Source of the DNA: Bacteroidia bacterium
GTDB taxonomy: Bacteria; Bacteroidota; Bacteroidia; M30B66
DNA length: 64,000 bases
NCBI GenBank assembly: GCA_046302715.1
Contig: JBKCHQ010000254.1
Location: 20 to 64,019, forward strand
Direction of reading: 5' to 3'
Below, in pieces: positions 39,272 through 49,466 of the stretch. The translations under genes were made by a program, and so were the position numbers. The notes below the pieces were generated by a model, which did not search any database, had not been told where the DNA came from, and worked only from the letters and a program-made list of their open reading frames with translations. Within the stretch, counting starts at the first letter, position 1. Each line of letters starts with the position of its first letter.

Positions 39272-41140
39272 ATGAAGAATTACTACGATGTTGTTGTTGT
39301 TGGCGCCGGGCATGCAGGTTGCGAGGCTGCGGCCGCTGCAGCACGAATGGGCTCAAAAACATTATTGATTACGATGAATTTGGCTACAATTGGCCAAATG
39401 TCTTGCAACCCAGCTATGGGTGGAATTGCTAAAGGACAAATCGTAAGGGAAATTGATGCTATGGGCGGATTTTCGGGAATAGTCTCCGATCGCTCAGCGA
39501 TTCAGTTCAAGATGCTTAATCGGTCGAAGGGGCCCGCTATGTGGAGTCCTAGAGCACAAAATGACAGGCAGCTCTTTGCGCTTGAATGGAGATACATATT
39601 GGAGTCAATACCCAATCTGGACTTTTATCAGGATTCTGTTGTGGGGATAGACGTTGAAAATAATGCAGTAGCAGGCGTAAAAACACAACTCGGCCACACC
39701 ATTAAATGTACGGCAGTGGTATTAACAAACGGCACGTTTCTAAATGGATTAATACATATTGGCGAGAAAAATTTTGGAGGCGGAAGAGTTGCTGAAGCCA
39801 AAGCAACCGGCTTGACAGAACAACTTATTGCTTTTGGATTTAATTCAGGTCGCATGAAAACGGGAACACCGCCCCGCTTGGATGGTCGCTCAATAGATTA
39901 TAGTGTAATGGAAATTCAACCGGGAGACGATAAGCCAGGAAAATTTTCGTTTTCCGACACCGCTGTTTTATCTAAACAACTACCGTGTTGGTTGGCCTAT
40001 ACTTCCGAGGAGGTACATGATATTTTACGGGGCGGATTTGATAAAAGCCCTATGTTTTCGGGTCGAATACAAGGTCTCGGTCCTCGATATTGCCCGTCCA
40101 TTGAAGATAAGATAGATCGTTTTGCCGATAAAGATCGTCATCAATTATTTATTGAGCCTGAGGGTTGGAAAACGGTGGAGGTGTATATCAACGGTTTTTC
40201 AACATCCTTGCCTGAAGAGGTTCAAATTAATGCATTAAGGAAGGTTAAAGGGCTTGAAAAAGTTAAAATGTTTCGTCCAGGTTATGCAATAGAGTATGAT
40301 TATTTTCCGCCCGATCAGCTTTTTTCCAGTCTAGAGACAAAAGGCATTAAACGATTGTTCTTTGCGGGCCAAATTAACGGCACAACAGGTTATGAAGAGG
40401 CCGCATGCCAAGGACTAATGGCCGGGATAAATGCACACAATGCTGTTATTGAAAACGATCCTGTAATTCTGAAACGGGATGAGGCTTATATTGGAGTATT
40501 AATTGACGACCTGGTAACCAAAGGGACGCAGGAGCCCTATCGGATGTTTACATCCAGAGCCGAGTTTCGTATTTTATTACGTCAAGATAATGCTGATGAA
40601 CGTCTTATGCCTTTGGGAAATAAACTTGGACTTGTGAAAGAGGAGGCACTCTCTGAAATGGTTAATAAATACGCTCGAATTGAAGCTGCTGAAAAGGCTA
40701 TTGCACGTGAAAGCGCACACCCCGATGATCTCAATCCCTATTTATTAGATGTAGGAACTAGTGCTATTACACAGAAGGTAAAGTACGATGGAATTTTAGC
40801 AAGGCCACAGGTTGACATTGTTTCATTAAATGAAAACAGTAAGTTGTTTCGTGAATTTATGAATCAACATTTAACCACCGAGGAGGAGCTTAGCCTTTTG
40901 GAAATTAGAATTAAATATGACGGATACATCAAAAAAGAAAGGGAAATTGCCGAAAAGCTTAACAGGCTTGAACATATTTCATTAAAATACGATTTTGATT
41001 ATCATGCCTTGAAGTCGTTGTCGTCGGAAGCCCGACAAAAACTGAGTACAATAAAACCAACATCATTGGGACAAGCTTCGCGCATAAGTGGTGTTTCGCC
41101 TTCTGATATTTCTGTATTAATGGTAAGTTTGGGCCGTTAA
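39272..41140 (+). CDS. mnmG: tRNA uridine-5-carboxymethylaminomethyl modification enzyme MnmG (GidA)
   Basis: 622 aa. FAD-binding N-terminus ([16 protein letters not shown]). Conserved MnmG motifs throughout. C-terminal tRNA-binding helical domain. Confidence 0.95.
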   Translation: MKNYYDVVVVGAGHAGCEAAAAAARMGSKTLLITMNLATIGQMSCNPAMGGIAKGQIVREIDAMGGFSGIVSDRSAIQFKMLNRSKGPAMWSPRAQNDRQLFALEWRYILESIPNLDFYQDSVVGIDVENNAVAGVKTQLGHTIKCTAVVLTNGTFLNGLIHIGEKNFGGGRVAEAKATGLTEQLIAFGFNSGRMKTGTPPRLDGRSIDYSVMEIQPGDDKPGKFSFSDTAVLSKQLPCWLAYTSEEVHDILRGGFDKSPMFSGRIQGLGPRYCPSIEDKIDRFADKDRHQLFIEPEGWKTVEVYINGFSTSLPEEVQINALRKVKGLEKVKMFRPGYAIEYDYFPPDQLFSSLETKGIKRLFFAGQINGTTGYEEAACQGLMAGINAHNAVIENDPVILKRDEAYIGVLIDDLVTKGTQEPYRMFTSRAEFRILLRQDNADERLMPLGNKLGLVKEEALSEMVNKYARIEAAEKAIARESAHPDDLNPYLLDVGTSAITQKVKYDGILARPQVDIVSLNENSKLFREFMNQHLTTEEELSLLEIRIKYDGYIKKEREIAEKLNRLEHISLKYDFDYHALKSLSSEARQKLSTIKPTSLGQASRISGVSPSDISVLMVSLGR

Positions 41141-41158
41141 TGTTTCACGTGAAACCTA
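41139..41158 (+). promoter_or_regulatory. Copy 2 of the repeated motif, AATGTTTCACGTGAAACCTA (perfect 14-bp palindrome GTTTCACGTGAAAC), spanning the mnmG stop and ending at the methyltransferase ATG
   Basis: Seen directly. The track ORF start at 41140 lies inside the motif; the conserved protein start is more likely the ATG at 41158. Confidence 0.3.
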
Positions 41159-42036
41159 TGGAGCACATCTCTCATTGTCCGATTTGCAACAGCACGGATT
41201 TATCGGACTTGCTGACCGCACAAGATTATACAGTAAGCAAGGAAAGTTTCTCTCTGGTGCTGTGTAAGAAATGCGATTTGGCAATAACAAGCCCAAGGCC
41301 TGAAATTTCAAATTTGGGCAGCTATTATAAATCGGAGGAATATGTTTCGCATAGCGATACGTCGAAGGGTATTTTGAATAAGCTGTATAAAGCGGCTCGT
41401 TACTTTACCCTGAGATCGAAGTATTCTAAAGTGAAGCCCTATTTGAATAGAGGATTTCTTTTGGATATTGGGTGCGGCACAGGGGCCTTTTTGAACTTTT
41501 GCGCCGAAAAAGGACATCAAGTTATTGGGATAGAGCCCGACCTTGATGCCCGAACTATGGCTGCAAAAGAAAAGGGACTTTCTGTTTTTGGAGAAGATAA
41601 GTTAAATGAGCTAAATGGCCAATCGGCCGATGTTATAACCATGTGGCATGTTTTGGAACACGTGCCCGATTTGCCCATGCGTTTAAAACAGATGAAGCAT
41701 ATTTTGGCAGACGACGGAAGAATATTTATTGCTGTACCTAACAAAAATTCATACGACGCTCAGGTTTATGGCAAGTTTTGGGCGGCTTATGATGTGCCCC
41801 GTCACCTATGGCATTTTACGCCAACAGCGATACAAAAACTAAGCGAGCAGCATGGATTTTTTGTAGAAGACATTCTTGCCATGCCGTTGGATGCATATTA
41901 TATTTCAATGCTTAGCGAGAAATATAAAGGCAATAAATGGGGTATTATACAAGGAGCCATTAAAGGAGGCATCTCAAATCTTAAAGCAGGTAAACTTAGA
42001 TACTCCAGCCAAATTTACGTGTTAAGGCATGCTTAA
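41158..42036 (+). CDS. Class I SAM-dependent methyltransferase with N-terminal zinc-ribbon
   Basis: Zinc ribbon (CPICNS…CKKCDL), then SAM-binding motif I (LLDIGCGTGAF) and acidic motif II (…ADVITMWHVLEHV). Alternative start 41140. Confidence 0.7.
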   Translation: MEHISHCPICNSTDLSDLLTAQDYTVSKESFSLVLCKKCDLAITSPRPEISNLGSYYKSEEYVSHSDTSKGILNKLYKAARYFTLRSKYSKVKPYLNRGFLLDIGCGTGAFLNFCAEKGHQVIGIEPDLDARTMAAKEKGLSVFGEDKLNELNGQSADVITMWHVLEHVPDLPMRLKQMKHILADDGRIFIAVPNKNSYDAQVYGKFWAAYDVPRHLWHFTPTAIQKLSEQHGFFVEDILAMPLDAYYISMLSEKYKGNKWGIIQGAIKGGISNLKAGKLRYSSQIYVLRHA

Positions 42037-43520
42037 TTTAAGCAATAAACTCGATATCTATCTCTATTCCAAATACTTCCTCTGAAAAGCAAGCTTTCTT
42101 GAACGGTCGTGAAGCTATCAAATATCTTTTTTAGCTTAGGGTTTTTATCTACGGAGGTGAAATCGTTCCATTGCAAAACAAATGTGTTTTTCGCCTTTAA
42201 TTGAGCCTTGTTTAGCTCTTCTTCGGTATGGTAATATTTGACCGTAATGTGAGCGGTTTTGAAAAAGCGAAATTCGTAATAATGTGCCATCACATATCCA
42301 ATATCATAGGGGCAATACAAAGTAATCGGGTGGTTGGCCGAAGCTAATGATTTGATAACCCTAAAGGTGTTTACATCAGGGGAGGCATAGCAAGAAGTAG
42401 TAATAATACTTTTGGCACTAAACAGAATGAAACAGAATATAAAAACTGATTTTTTTAATGCCCCTTGCCAATATGCTGTGTTATGCGAATACATATAGTT
42501 GGGTAAGGACATCGATAATAAAATGGGGAGTAGATAAAAAGCCGGGAACAAAAAGCGGAGCTCCTTATGTGCCAAAAGGCAGTGAACGAAAGTAAAAAAC
42601 ACAAATATCCATACCGCTGGGCTTTTAGGGTTTCGTAAACACGAATCAACCGTTAAAAGTATAACAATAGCCCCCACCGAATACCCTAACCAATTAAGCG
42701 AAAGCGGCAGATAATCGTACCAGGGATTTTTGCCAAACATTGAATCGGTGGCAAAAAGAACTTGATATAAATAATTATACGCAGGGAACGTCCAGCTTCC
42801 ATATAGCCAGCGATCAATCAGCAATGCGACTAACACCATCATTATCCCTCCAACCAATACGGGTAATAGCGTTTTTAAACGCAGTTTTCCTATGCCTAGG
42901 GCCCAGCTTAAAAACGCGAACGCCGCAAAACCACTCTGGAATCTACATTCAAAAGCAAGTCCCCAGAAAAGACCCGAAACCAGGAGGTAAATAAATTCTG
43001 AACGTGATGATTTGAGATCCCTACAAAAAAAGAAATAGAGCGCATAAATCATAAAAATGCCTGAATAATTCTCTGATGAATAACGGGCATGTAGGAAAGG
43101 CAAGAACCATAAAAAACAAAGCAAAAAGCTAAATAAGAAACTTCTTGGTCCGGTAATACCTAAAGCTTCGCCAAGTTTTTTAAGGGCGAGCAAAGAAATA
43201 AAACCCAGTATTAGAGATAGTGCTCGTAAAATGTCCGAAACAATGAAGGGCTCCCAGGAGGCGCTGAATAATGAAACGCCTTTCGCAACAATAAACGCAA
43301 CAAATGGCATAAGCCCGGAGCGCATCCGTTCGGGGTATTCCCACGCAAGGCTATCAAAATCGCATAGTCCTAATTTATAAGCCGCAAATTCCAGAATTTG
43401 AAAATGCTCATCGCCATGTTGATACCCTGTTGCATAAAAAAATGCCACAAGATGCAGGATAAATGAAAACGCAAAAAACAGCCTTTCCGATGGACCTAAT
43501 GAGCGAAAAAGAGCCGTCAT
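42033..43520 (-). CDS. Polytopic membrane protein, probable GT-C-fold glycosyltransferase (mannosyltransferase-like)
   Basis: 495 aa with about 11 predicted TM helices. Conserved acidic residues in the first periplasmic loop (…YQHGDEHFQILEF…) resemble GT-C (PMT/ArnT/GT87-like) transferases. Assigned by eye only. Confidence 0.45.
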   Translation of the reverse strand: MTALFRSLGPSERLFFAFSFILHLVAFFYATGYQHGDEHFQILEFAAYKLGLCDFDSLAWEYPERMRSGLMPFVAFIVAKGVSLFSASWEPFIVSDILRALSLILGFISLLALKKLGEALGITGPRSFLFSFLLCFLWFLPFLHARYSSENYSGIFMIYALYFFFCRDLKSSRSEFIYLLVSGLFWGLAFECRFQSGFAAFAFLSWALGIGKLRLKTLLPVLVGGIMMVLVALLIDRWLYGSWTFPAYNYLYQVLFATDSMFGKNPWYDYLPLSLNWLGYSVGAIVILLTVDSCLRNPKSPAVWIFVFFTFVHCLLAHKELRFLFPAFYLLPILLSMSLPNYMYSHNTAYWQGALKKSVFIFCFILFSAKSIITTSCYASPDVNTFRVIKSLASANHPITLYCPYDIGYVMAHYYEFRFFKTAHITVKYYHTEEELNKAQLKAKNTFVLQWNDFTSVDKNPKLKKIFDSFTTVQESLLFRGSIWNRDRYRVYCLN

Positions 43521-43529
43521 AATTGACGT

Positions 43530-43874
43530 TTAAATTAATGCAGTCCAGGTTTCCTCCGAAAAACCAATACAGTAACCTTTGGGGCTTTCAAGTATTGGCC
43601 GTTTTATAACCGATGCATTCATCGAAAACAATCGGTAAGCATCATCAGCGCTGTGTATGGAATTTTTAACGGATTCGTCTAATTTTTTCCAGGTCAGACC
43701 TTGCTTATTGGTAAGCTTTTCCCAGCCTTCCTTATTAAGCCAATTTTTGATTTTACCCTCGGGCAATCCATTTTTCTTGTAATCATGGAAGGTAAACTCA
43801 ACACCTGCTGCACTTAAAAAGGCCAGCGATTTCTGCACCGTGTTGCAGTTTTTTATTCCATATACGGTAACCAT
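43530..43874 (-). CDS. ArsC/Spx-family thioredoxin-fold protein (YffB-like)
   Basis: 114 aa. N-terminal catalytic Cys context (MVTVYGIKNCNTVQK) and …FTFHDYKKNGL… match the ArsC/YffB family. Confidence 0.7.
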   Translation of the reverse strand: MVTVYGIKNCNTVQKSLAFLSAAGVEFTFHDYKKNGLPEGKIKNWLNKEGWEKLTNKQGLTWKKLDESVKNSIHSADDAYRLFSMNASVIKRPILESPKGYCIGFSEETWTALI

Positions 43875-43883
43875 TAAAGCCGC

Positions 43884-45092
43884 TTATTTAAATGCATTAA
43901 TGCCGGTTACATCCATCCCCGTAATCAATAAATGGATATCGTGCGTACCTTCATAAGTAATCACCGACTCAAGGTTCATCATATGACGCATAATAGGATA
44001 TTCGCCCGTAATGCCCATACCACCATGAATTTGGCGCGCCTCACGGGTAATTTGAAGTGCCATGTTTACATTGTTTCGTTTGGCCATAGAAATTTGTGCT
44101 GGCGTGGCACGGTCTTCATTACGAAGCACCCCAAGGCGCCATACAAGTAACTGAGCTTTAGTAATTTCAGTGATCATTTCGGCCAACTTTTTTTGTTGCA
44201 GCTGAAAGGATGCGATAGGCTTGCCAAATTGCTGACGCTCCTGTGAGTAGCGCAACGCAGAATCATAACAATCCATGGCTGCACCAATAACGCCCCAGGC
44301 AATACCGTAACGAGCAGAATTTAGGCAACCCAATGGGCCTTTAAGCCCTTCTACATTGGGCAGCAAATTCTCCTTAGGAACTTTTACATTGTCAAAAACA
44401 AGTTCGCCAGTAGCAGAGGCACGAAGCGACCATTTATCATGTGTTTCTGGGGTTGAAAAGCCTTCCATACCTCGCTCTACGATAATGCCACGTATTTTGC
44501 CTTCGTCGTTTTTAGCCCAAACCACGGCGATATCGGCAAACGGAGCGTTTGAAATCCACATTTTTGCCCCATTTAGAAGGTAATGATCACCCTGATCTTT
44601 AATATTGGTTATCATGCTCCCCGGGTCTGATCCTGAGTCGGGCTCCGTTAATCCAAAACATCCCATCATTTCGCCAGTTGCCAGCTTTGGAAGATATTTC
44701 ATACGCTGTTCTTCAGAACCGTATTTGTAAATGGGATACATCACCAATGAACTTTGAACAGATGCCGTGGAGCGAATGCCGCTGTCACCCCGTTCAATTT
44801 CCTGCATGATTAAACCGTAGGTAATCTGATCAAGCCCTTGTCCACCATATTTTACGGGAATATAAGGTCCAAAAGCACCAATTTCTCCCAATCCTTTAAT
44901 AAGATGCTTGGGGAATTCTGCTCTCTGAGCATATTGCTCAATTATGGGTGTTACTTCTTGTTTTACCCAGGCCCGAACCGTATCTCGAATGAGTTTTTGT
45001 TCGTCGGTTAAAAGATCATCTATCTGATAATAATCGTGTCCCTGAAAGCGGTCTTTGCTCATGTTCAAAAAATTAAGCCCCAAAAATAACAA
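43884..45092 (-). CDS. Acyl-CoA dehydrogenase (glutaryl-CoA dehydrogenase-like)
   Basis: Conserved ACAD N-terminal alpha, middle beta and C-terminal alpha domains. Catalytic-base region …YEGTHDIHLL…. The probable true start is MSKDRF… about 45062; the track start is an upstream TTG. Confidence 0.85.
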   Translation of the reverse strand: MLFLGLNFLNMSKDRFQGHDYYQIDDLLTDEQKLIRDTVRAWVKQEVTPIIEQYAQRAEFPKHLIKGLGEIGAFGPYIPVKYGGQGLDQITYGLIMQEIERGDSGIRSTASVQSSLVMYPIYKYGSEEQRMKYLPKLATGEMMGCFGLTEPDSGSDPGSMITNIKDQGDHYLLNGAKMWISNAPFADIAVVWAKNDEGKIRGIIVERGMEGFSTPETHDKWSLRASATGELVFDNVKVPKENLLPNVEGLKGPLGCLNSARYGIAWGVIGAAMDCYDSALRYSQERQQFGKPIASFQLQQKKLAEMITEITKAQLLVWRLGVLRNEDRATPAQISMAKRNNVNMALQITREARQIHGGMGITGEYPIMRHMMNLESVITYEGTHDIHLLITGMDVTGINAFK

Positions 45093-45200
45093 ACAGAAAA
45101 CTATTGGGCGTCATAAAAGTAACATATTCGCCAAAGCAAATGTTTAACATAGATGCGAGCAATTTTTGTTGTTATTTTTACGCCAGCTAAAAGCAGCAAC

Positions 45201-45740
45201 ATGAGTCCTAAAAAACTTTCACCCCCTAAAGCGGCTCCGTCGAAAAAGCCGATTAAAAAAATTACCAGAACTTTTACCGCTATCGGTTTGGATCAGGTTC
45301 AATCGGTTGAACTGGCTGACAAGCTCAACGACCTGCTTTCAAATTACCAGGTGTTTTACATGAATGTTCGTGGATTTCATTGGAACATAAAGGGGGATAA
45401 GTTTTTTGAATTACACTTAAAATTTGAGGAGTTGTACACCAACCTTCAAATTAAAATTGATGAAATTGCTGAGCGTATTTTAACTTTAGGACATGCGCCT
45501 TTGCATGGGTTTGAAGAGTATTTGTCGGCTGCAGTAATTAAACCCGCTAAGAATATTAACGATGGAAAGAAAGCCACACAATTTATTCTTGATGCGTTTA
45601 AGGTTTTGATAACCAAACAAAGGGTGTTGCTTAATCTTTCTGATGTGGCTGACGACGAAGGCACAAATGCTCAGATGAGCGATTACATCAGAGAACAGGA
45701 GAAACAAGTTTGGATGTATTCTTCGTGGCTGGGTGTTTAA
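45201..45740 (+). CDS. dps: Dps (DNA-binding ferritin-like protein) with Lys-rich N-terminal tail
   Basis: Ferritin-like four-helix motifs (…YQVFYMNVRGFHWNIKG…FFELHLKFEELY…). The N-terminal KK-rich tail (MSPKKLSPPKAAPSKKPIKK) begins at the likely start. Confidence 0.8.
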   Translation: MSPKKLSPPKAAPSKKPIKKITRTFTAIGLDQVQSVELADKLNDLLSNYQVFYMNVRGFHWNIKGDKFFELHLKFEELYTNLQIKIDEIAERILTLGHAPLHGFEEYLSAAVIKPAKNINDGKKATQFILDAFKVLITKQRVLLNLSDVADDEGTNAQMSDYIREQEKQVWMYSSWLGV

Positions 45741-45779
45741 AAAGAGCGAAAGAAACAGAATAAAAAACAACAAGAATTC

Positions 45780-46967
45780 ATGTACGGTTCGTATCAACAA
45801 TTTTTACAAAAAGAGCTTGAGGCCATTGAAGCGGCCGGCTTGTATAAAAAGGAGAGGATAATTTTAAATCCGCAGAATGCTGCAATAAAGGTAAATAACG
45901 ACCAGGAGGTACTTAATTTTTGTGCCAACAATTACTTAGGTCTCTCATCGCATCCGGCAGTGATTAAAGCGGCTCACGAAACGCTTGACTCGCACGGTTT
46001 TGGAATGAGCTCGGTGCGGTTTATTTGCGGCACGCAAGACATACACAAAACACTGGAACAAAAGATATCTGAATTTTTAGGAACGGAAGACACCATCTTA
46101 TATGCCGCTGCCTTTGATGCTAATGGCGGTGTTTTTGAACCGCTCTTCGGTGCCGAAGATGCGATTATTTCCGACGCTTTAAATCATGCCTCTATTATTG
46201 ATGGGGTAAGGCTTTGCAAGGCGGTGCGTTACAGATACGAAAACAACAACATGGCCGATTTGGAGGCCCGACTGATTGAGGCACAAGCACAGCGTTTCAG
46301 AATTATTGTAACGGATGGGGTGTTTTCGATGGATGGCTACATTGCCCAGCTTGACAAAATTGTGGAATTAGCAGAGCGTTATAACGCATTAATTATGGTT
46401 GATGATTGCCATTCGACCGGTTTTTTAGGTAAAACAGGTAGGGGAACAGCGGAGCATTGCGGTGTAATGGGCAAAATTGACATAATTACGGGCACTTTAG
46501 GAAAAGCTTTGGGTGGAGCCATGGGTGGATTTACATCGGGACGCAAAGAAATTATTGATTTATTGAGACAGCGCTCGCGCCCATATTTATTCTCGAATTC
46601 GCTGGCACCAAGTATTGTTGGGGCCGGAATAGCAGTTATGGATTTGTTGAGCAGCACTACTGAGTTGCGTGATCGCTTAATGGAGAATACGCAGTTTTTC
46701 AGAGCGGCTATGAAATCAGCGGGTTTTGATATTAAGGAGGGGGTTCACCCCATCTGCCCCATCATGCTTTACGACGCACGCTTAAGCCAGGTGTTTGCCG
46801 AAAAGCTACTGGCCGAAGGCATTTATGTTATTGGGTTTTATTATCCAGTGGTTCCTAAAGACCAGGCACGAATTAGGGTTCAAATTTCAGCAGCACATAC
46901 CCGTGAGCATTTGGAACGCGCAATAGCAGCGTTTACCAAAGTGGGCAAGGAGCTGGGGGTGATTTAG
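45780..46967 (+). CDS. kbl: Glycine C-acetyltransferase (2-amino-3-ketobutyrate CoA ligase)
   Basis: 395 aa, alpha-oxoamine synthase fold. The N-terminus ([27 protein letters not shown]) is Kbl-like. PLP lysine region (…FSMDGY…). Confidence 0.8.
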   Translation: MYGSYQQFLQKELEAIEAAGLYKKERIILNPQNAAIKVNNDQEVLNFCANNYLGLSSHPAVIKAAHETLDSHGFGMSSVRFICGTQDIHKTLEQKISEFLGTEDTILYAAAFDANGGVFEPLFGAEDAIISDALNHASIIDGVRLCKAVRYRYENNNMADLEARLIEAQAQRFRIIVTDGVFSMDGYIAQLDKIVELAERYNALIMVDDCHSTGFLGKTGRGTAEHCGVMGKIDIITGTLGKALGGAMGGFTSGRKEIIDLLRQRSRPYLFSNSLAPSIVGAGIAVMDLLSSTTELRDRLMENTQFFRAAMKSAGFDIKEGVHPICPIMLYDARLSQVFAEKLLAEGIYVIGFYYPVVPKDQARIRVQISAAHTREHLERAIAAFTKVGKELGVI

Positions 46968-46996
46968 TACAATCGGTAAAGACGTTAATAAAGAGA

Positions 46997-47020
46997 AAAG
47001 GCCCTATTTGGGCCTTTTTC
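46997..47020. terminator. Bidirectional intrinsic terminator between convergent kbl and the lysyl-oxidase-like gene
   Basis: AAAAGGCCC-tattt-GGGCCTTTTT: perfect 8-bp stem flanked by A-run and T-run. Confidence 0.6.
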
Positions 47021-47021
47021 A

Positions 47022-49436
47022 TTAATGATTAACCATTAATTTTTTGGTTATAATTCCGCTATCTGAATGCAGCTGTACCAGATAAATTCCTGAGGGCCAG
47101 ATATCTGTTGATATATTAAGCGTTTGTTTTGAGTTGCCATCAAGAGCGGTAACAAACACCTGTTGTCCTAATGAATTGCTTATAGAAACCGAAGCGCTTT
47201 GAGGCTGTTTTAGGTTTACCGAAATCTCAAAGCGATCATTCGTTGGATTTGGGGCAACAGAAAGGAGATTGTGCTTGTCAAAATTTTTCAAGCCCGTAAC
47301 ATCAAACTCCCAGCACTCGCCACCAATTTGTTTAACGGTTTGTGTTCCGAAAGCGCTCACAATATCATCAATTTGTTCAATACAAATCATGTCGTCGGTA
47401 AGTTCGTAATAATGAACCCTCAGTATGGGCGTTGGTTCGTAATACTTACGAATCATAGAATCTTGGTAGGAAATCGCAATAACTTTGTTATCCCCAAGCA
47501 GGAATTCAGGCTGAACCGGATATTCAACGGGGTCGGCAAGATTTTCGACATCCCAAATTTCGATACCGGAGATGCTAAACTCCAATGCATTTACGCGTGT
47601 ATTGGGATTAAGGATTCCAATATCCACGTATTTTTCTGAGAAATCGACATTGGTAATAAACAGAGCAACCGTATCCTCGGGGTTGAGCGAGCCACCGGGA
47701 AAATTGCAGTGATTGTGTGGTGCGTTTCCGGTGTGTTGGTGATATTGTCCAAAATTAACACAGCTCGAAAGCAATGCAGCATCATACACCGATATGCGGC
47801 CGTCTTGGTTGATATCATTGCAGGCTGTTGCATTGATGTCGTTACCTAAAATATCTTCTACGTATTTGTGGGCATCGTTCATGTCTTGATATCCGTTGTC
47901 ATTTATATCGCCCATTTGACGAGTTCCTCCGCAATTTCCTTCACAATCAAGCTGCGCGCTTCCAAAAACATTTCCGGCACAGTCGGTATATGGCGGACAG
48001 TCGTTAATAACCTGAATGGTGCGGTTGCCGTTGGCATCGCGCCCGAGTCGAATACACACCTGAGCCCAGTTGTTTACATGCGATAGTTCAATACGGCCCA
48101 ATGCATCCGGAGAATTATCCCAGTTAACACGAACCACCATGGTATAACGACCAGTATCTATGTCGGTAATATCCATCCACTGACAATCAAGGCCGCTTCC
48201 ATAAATATCGCCACATTGCTTTGAAATTCCCATATTCGAACAACCAAACTGAGCCGTTCCACCATCACCACACTCTAAATCCAGCACGCAGAATCCGTTT
48301 TTAAAGCCTACAGGAATTGCCTGTCCTTGAGCATCGTACATTACATATTCGGCATAGCCTTCGTAATGCCAGTGGCCATGACAATTGCCCCACGAAAATT
48401 GAGTTGGCTGTGCCGACGGCGAACCAATGTAGTAATCGGCATCACCGATGTTTTTAATATGGGTTGTAAAGCGTATGATGTCGCGCATTCCGTAACCGGT
48501 TAAGCAACCTTCAACCACCTGACAGTTGGCGGCATTGATTGTAGAAAGGTAAATGGATGTTTTGATGGTGTTTTCCAACACCACCAAGTCAGGACGCCCA
48601 TCGGGACAAAGTGGATCGCCTTCGTAATAACATACCCCATCTACTGTTGCAACCGGATTAAAATTGCAGGCCGTTTCGTCCATGCAACCTACCACAGGGC
48701 CGTTGTAGGTGAGCGACCAGTTAATCGCGCCCGAGCAGCTTTCGTTAACATCACCTACGCGAATAATATAGGTTTCGCCTGCTTCCATCAAGGCATTAAC
48801 CCGCGCCTGTAGACCGCAGCCGCCGCTATTGTCATCGTAATAAATGGTTCCTTCGTTTGAGTTGGTAACCAACAGATTCTGGCAATGGTCGTACACCCAA
48901 AGCTTAGTGTCGCAAGCATTGTTGCCACAGGTTGAAATGAAATACATTCCCGAAGAATCTGGAGTGTATGTGTACCAGGTGTTTCTTGTAGGAGCGGTAT
49001 GCGAGCCCTGATCAATACTAATTGCAGAGAAGCAATCGGCACCAGGAGGACAATTAAACTGTACACTTTCGGTGTTTGTGTAGTTTCCGCCTGTTGCGAT
49101 GGTGTCTCCGTTAAGCACCACATAATAGGAGCCCTGGCCATATTGGCAACAAATACCATCGCCGGCGCTATCGTTAATCTTGAAGGTAAGACAGGTTAAA
49201 GGAGGAACGCATAGGCTGGTTCCGCTTGACGTGCCATTTGCCAATTGAGCCCCTGTTGCAGTGGTAATATTCCAGGAAATTTCCTGCGGATAACTATCGG
49301 GGTTTATGATGATTTGAACAGGGATTAATTCTCCTGGACATTGCGCTTGCAGATTAGTGCTAATGGCCAATAAGAAAAAAAGACAAAGAGTTAGTGCACA
49401 GTAAATTTTCTTCACGACAAAATATTTAAGATTCAA
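47022..49436 (-). CDS. T9SS-secreted multidomain protein with lysyl-oxidase (LOX, copper amine oxidase, LTQ cofactor) catalytic domain, dockerin-like Ca-binding repeats and Por_Secre_tail C-terminal sorting domain
   Basis: Signal peptide. The LOX domain (about aa 281-465, nt about 48042-48596) has …SWGNCHGHWHYEGYAEYVMYD… (Cu His triad H-x-H-x-H), …GFKNGFCVLDLEC… (LTQ Lys) and …QCGDIYGSGLDCQWMDITD…VVRVN… (LTQ Tyr). These are collinear with my recollection of human LOX (the parallel segments are listed in the corresponding finding). Dockerin-like loops: DINDNGYQDMND and DINQDGRISVYD. C-terminal about 80 aa T9SS CTD (…LSVAPNPTNDRFEISV…GIYLVQL…KKLMVNH). Confidence 0.8.
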   Translation of the reverse strand: MNLKYFVVKKIYCALTLCLFFLLAISTNLQAQCPGELIPVQIIINPDSYPQEISWNITTATGAQLANGTSSGTSLCVPPLTCLTFKINDSAGDGICCQYGQGSYYVVLNGDTIATGGNYTNTESVQFNCPPGADCFSAISIDQGSHTAPTRNTWYTYTPDSSGMYFISTCGNNACDTKLWVYDHCQNLLVTNSNEGTIYYDDNSGGCGLQARVNALMEAGETYIIRVGDVNESCSGAINWSLTYNGPVVGCMDETACNFNPVATVDGVCYYEGDPLCPDGRPDLVVLENTIKTSIYLSTINAANCQVVEGCLTGYGMRDIIRFTTHIKNIGDADYYIGSPSAQPTQFSWGNCHGHWHYEGYAEYVMYDAQGQAIPVGFKNGFCVLDLECGDGGTAQFGCSNMGISKQCGDIYGSGLDCQWMDITDIDTGRYTMVVRVNWDNSPDALGRIELSHVNNWAQVCIRLGRDANGNRTIQVINDCPPYTDCAGNVFGSAQLDCEGNCGGTRQMGDINDNGYQDMNDAHKYVEDILGNDINATACNDINQDGRISVYDAALLSSCVNFGQYHQHTGNAPHNHCNFPGGSLNPEDTVALFITNVDFSEKYVDIGILNPNTRVNALEFSISGIEIWDVENLADPVEYPVQPEFLLGDNKVIAISYQDSMIRKYYEPTPILRVHYYELTDDMICIEQIDDIVSAFGTQTVKQIGGECWEFDVTGLKNFDKHNLLSVAPNPTNDRFEISVNLKQPQSASVSISNSLGQQVFVTALDGNSKQTLNISTDIWPSGIYLVQLHSDSGIITKKLMVNH

Positions 49437-49466
49437 ATATAGAAATCAATAAGGAAAAAATGGCAA

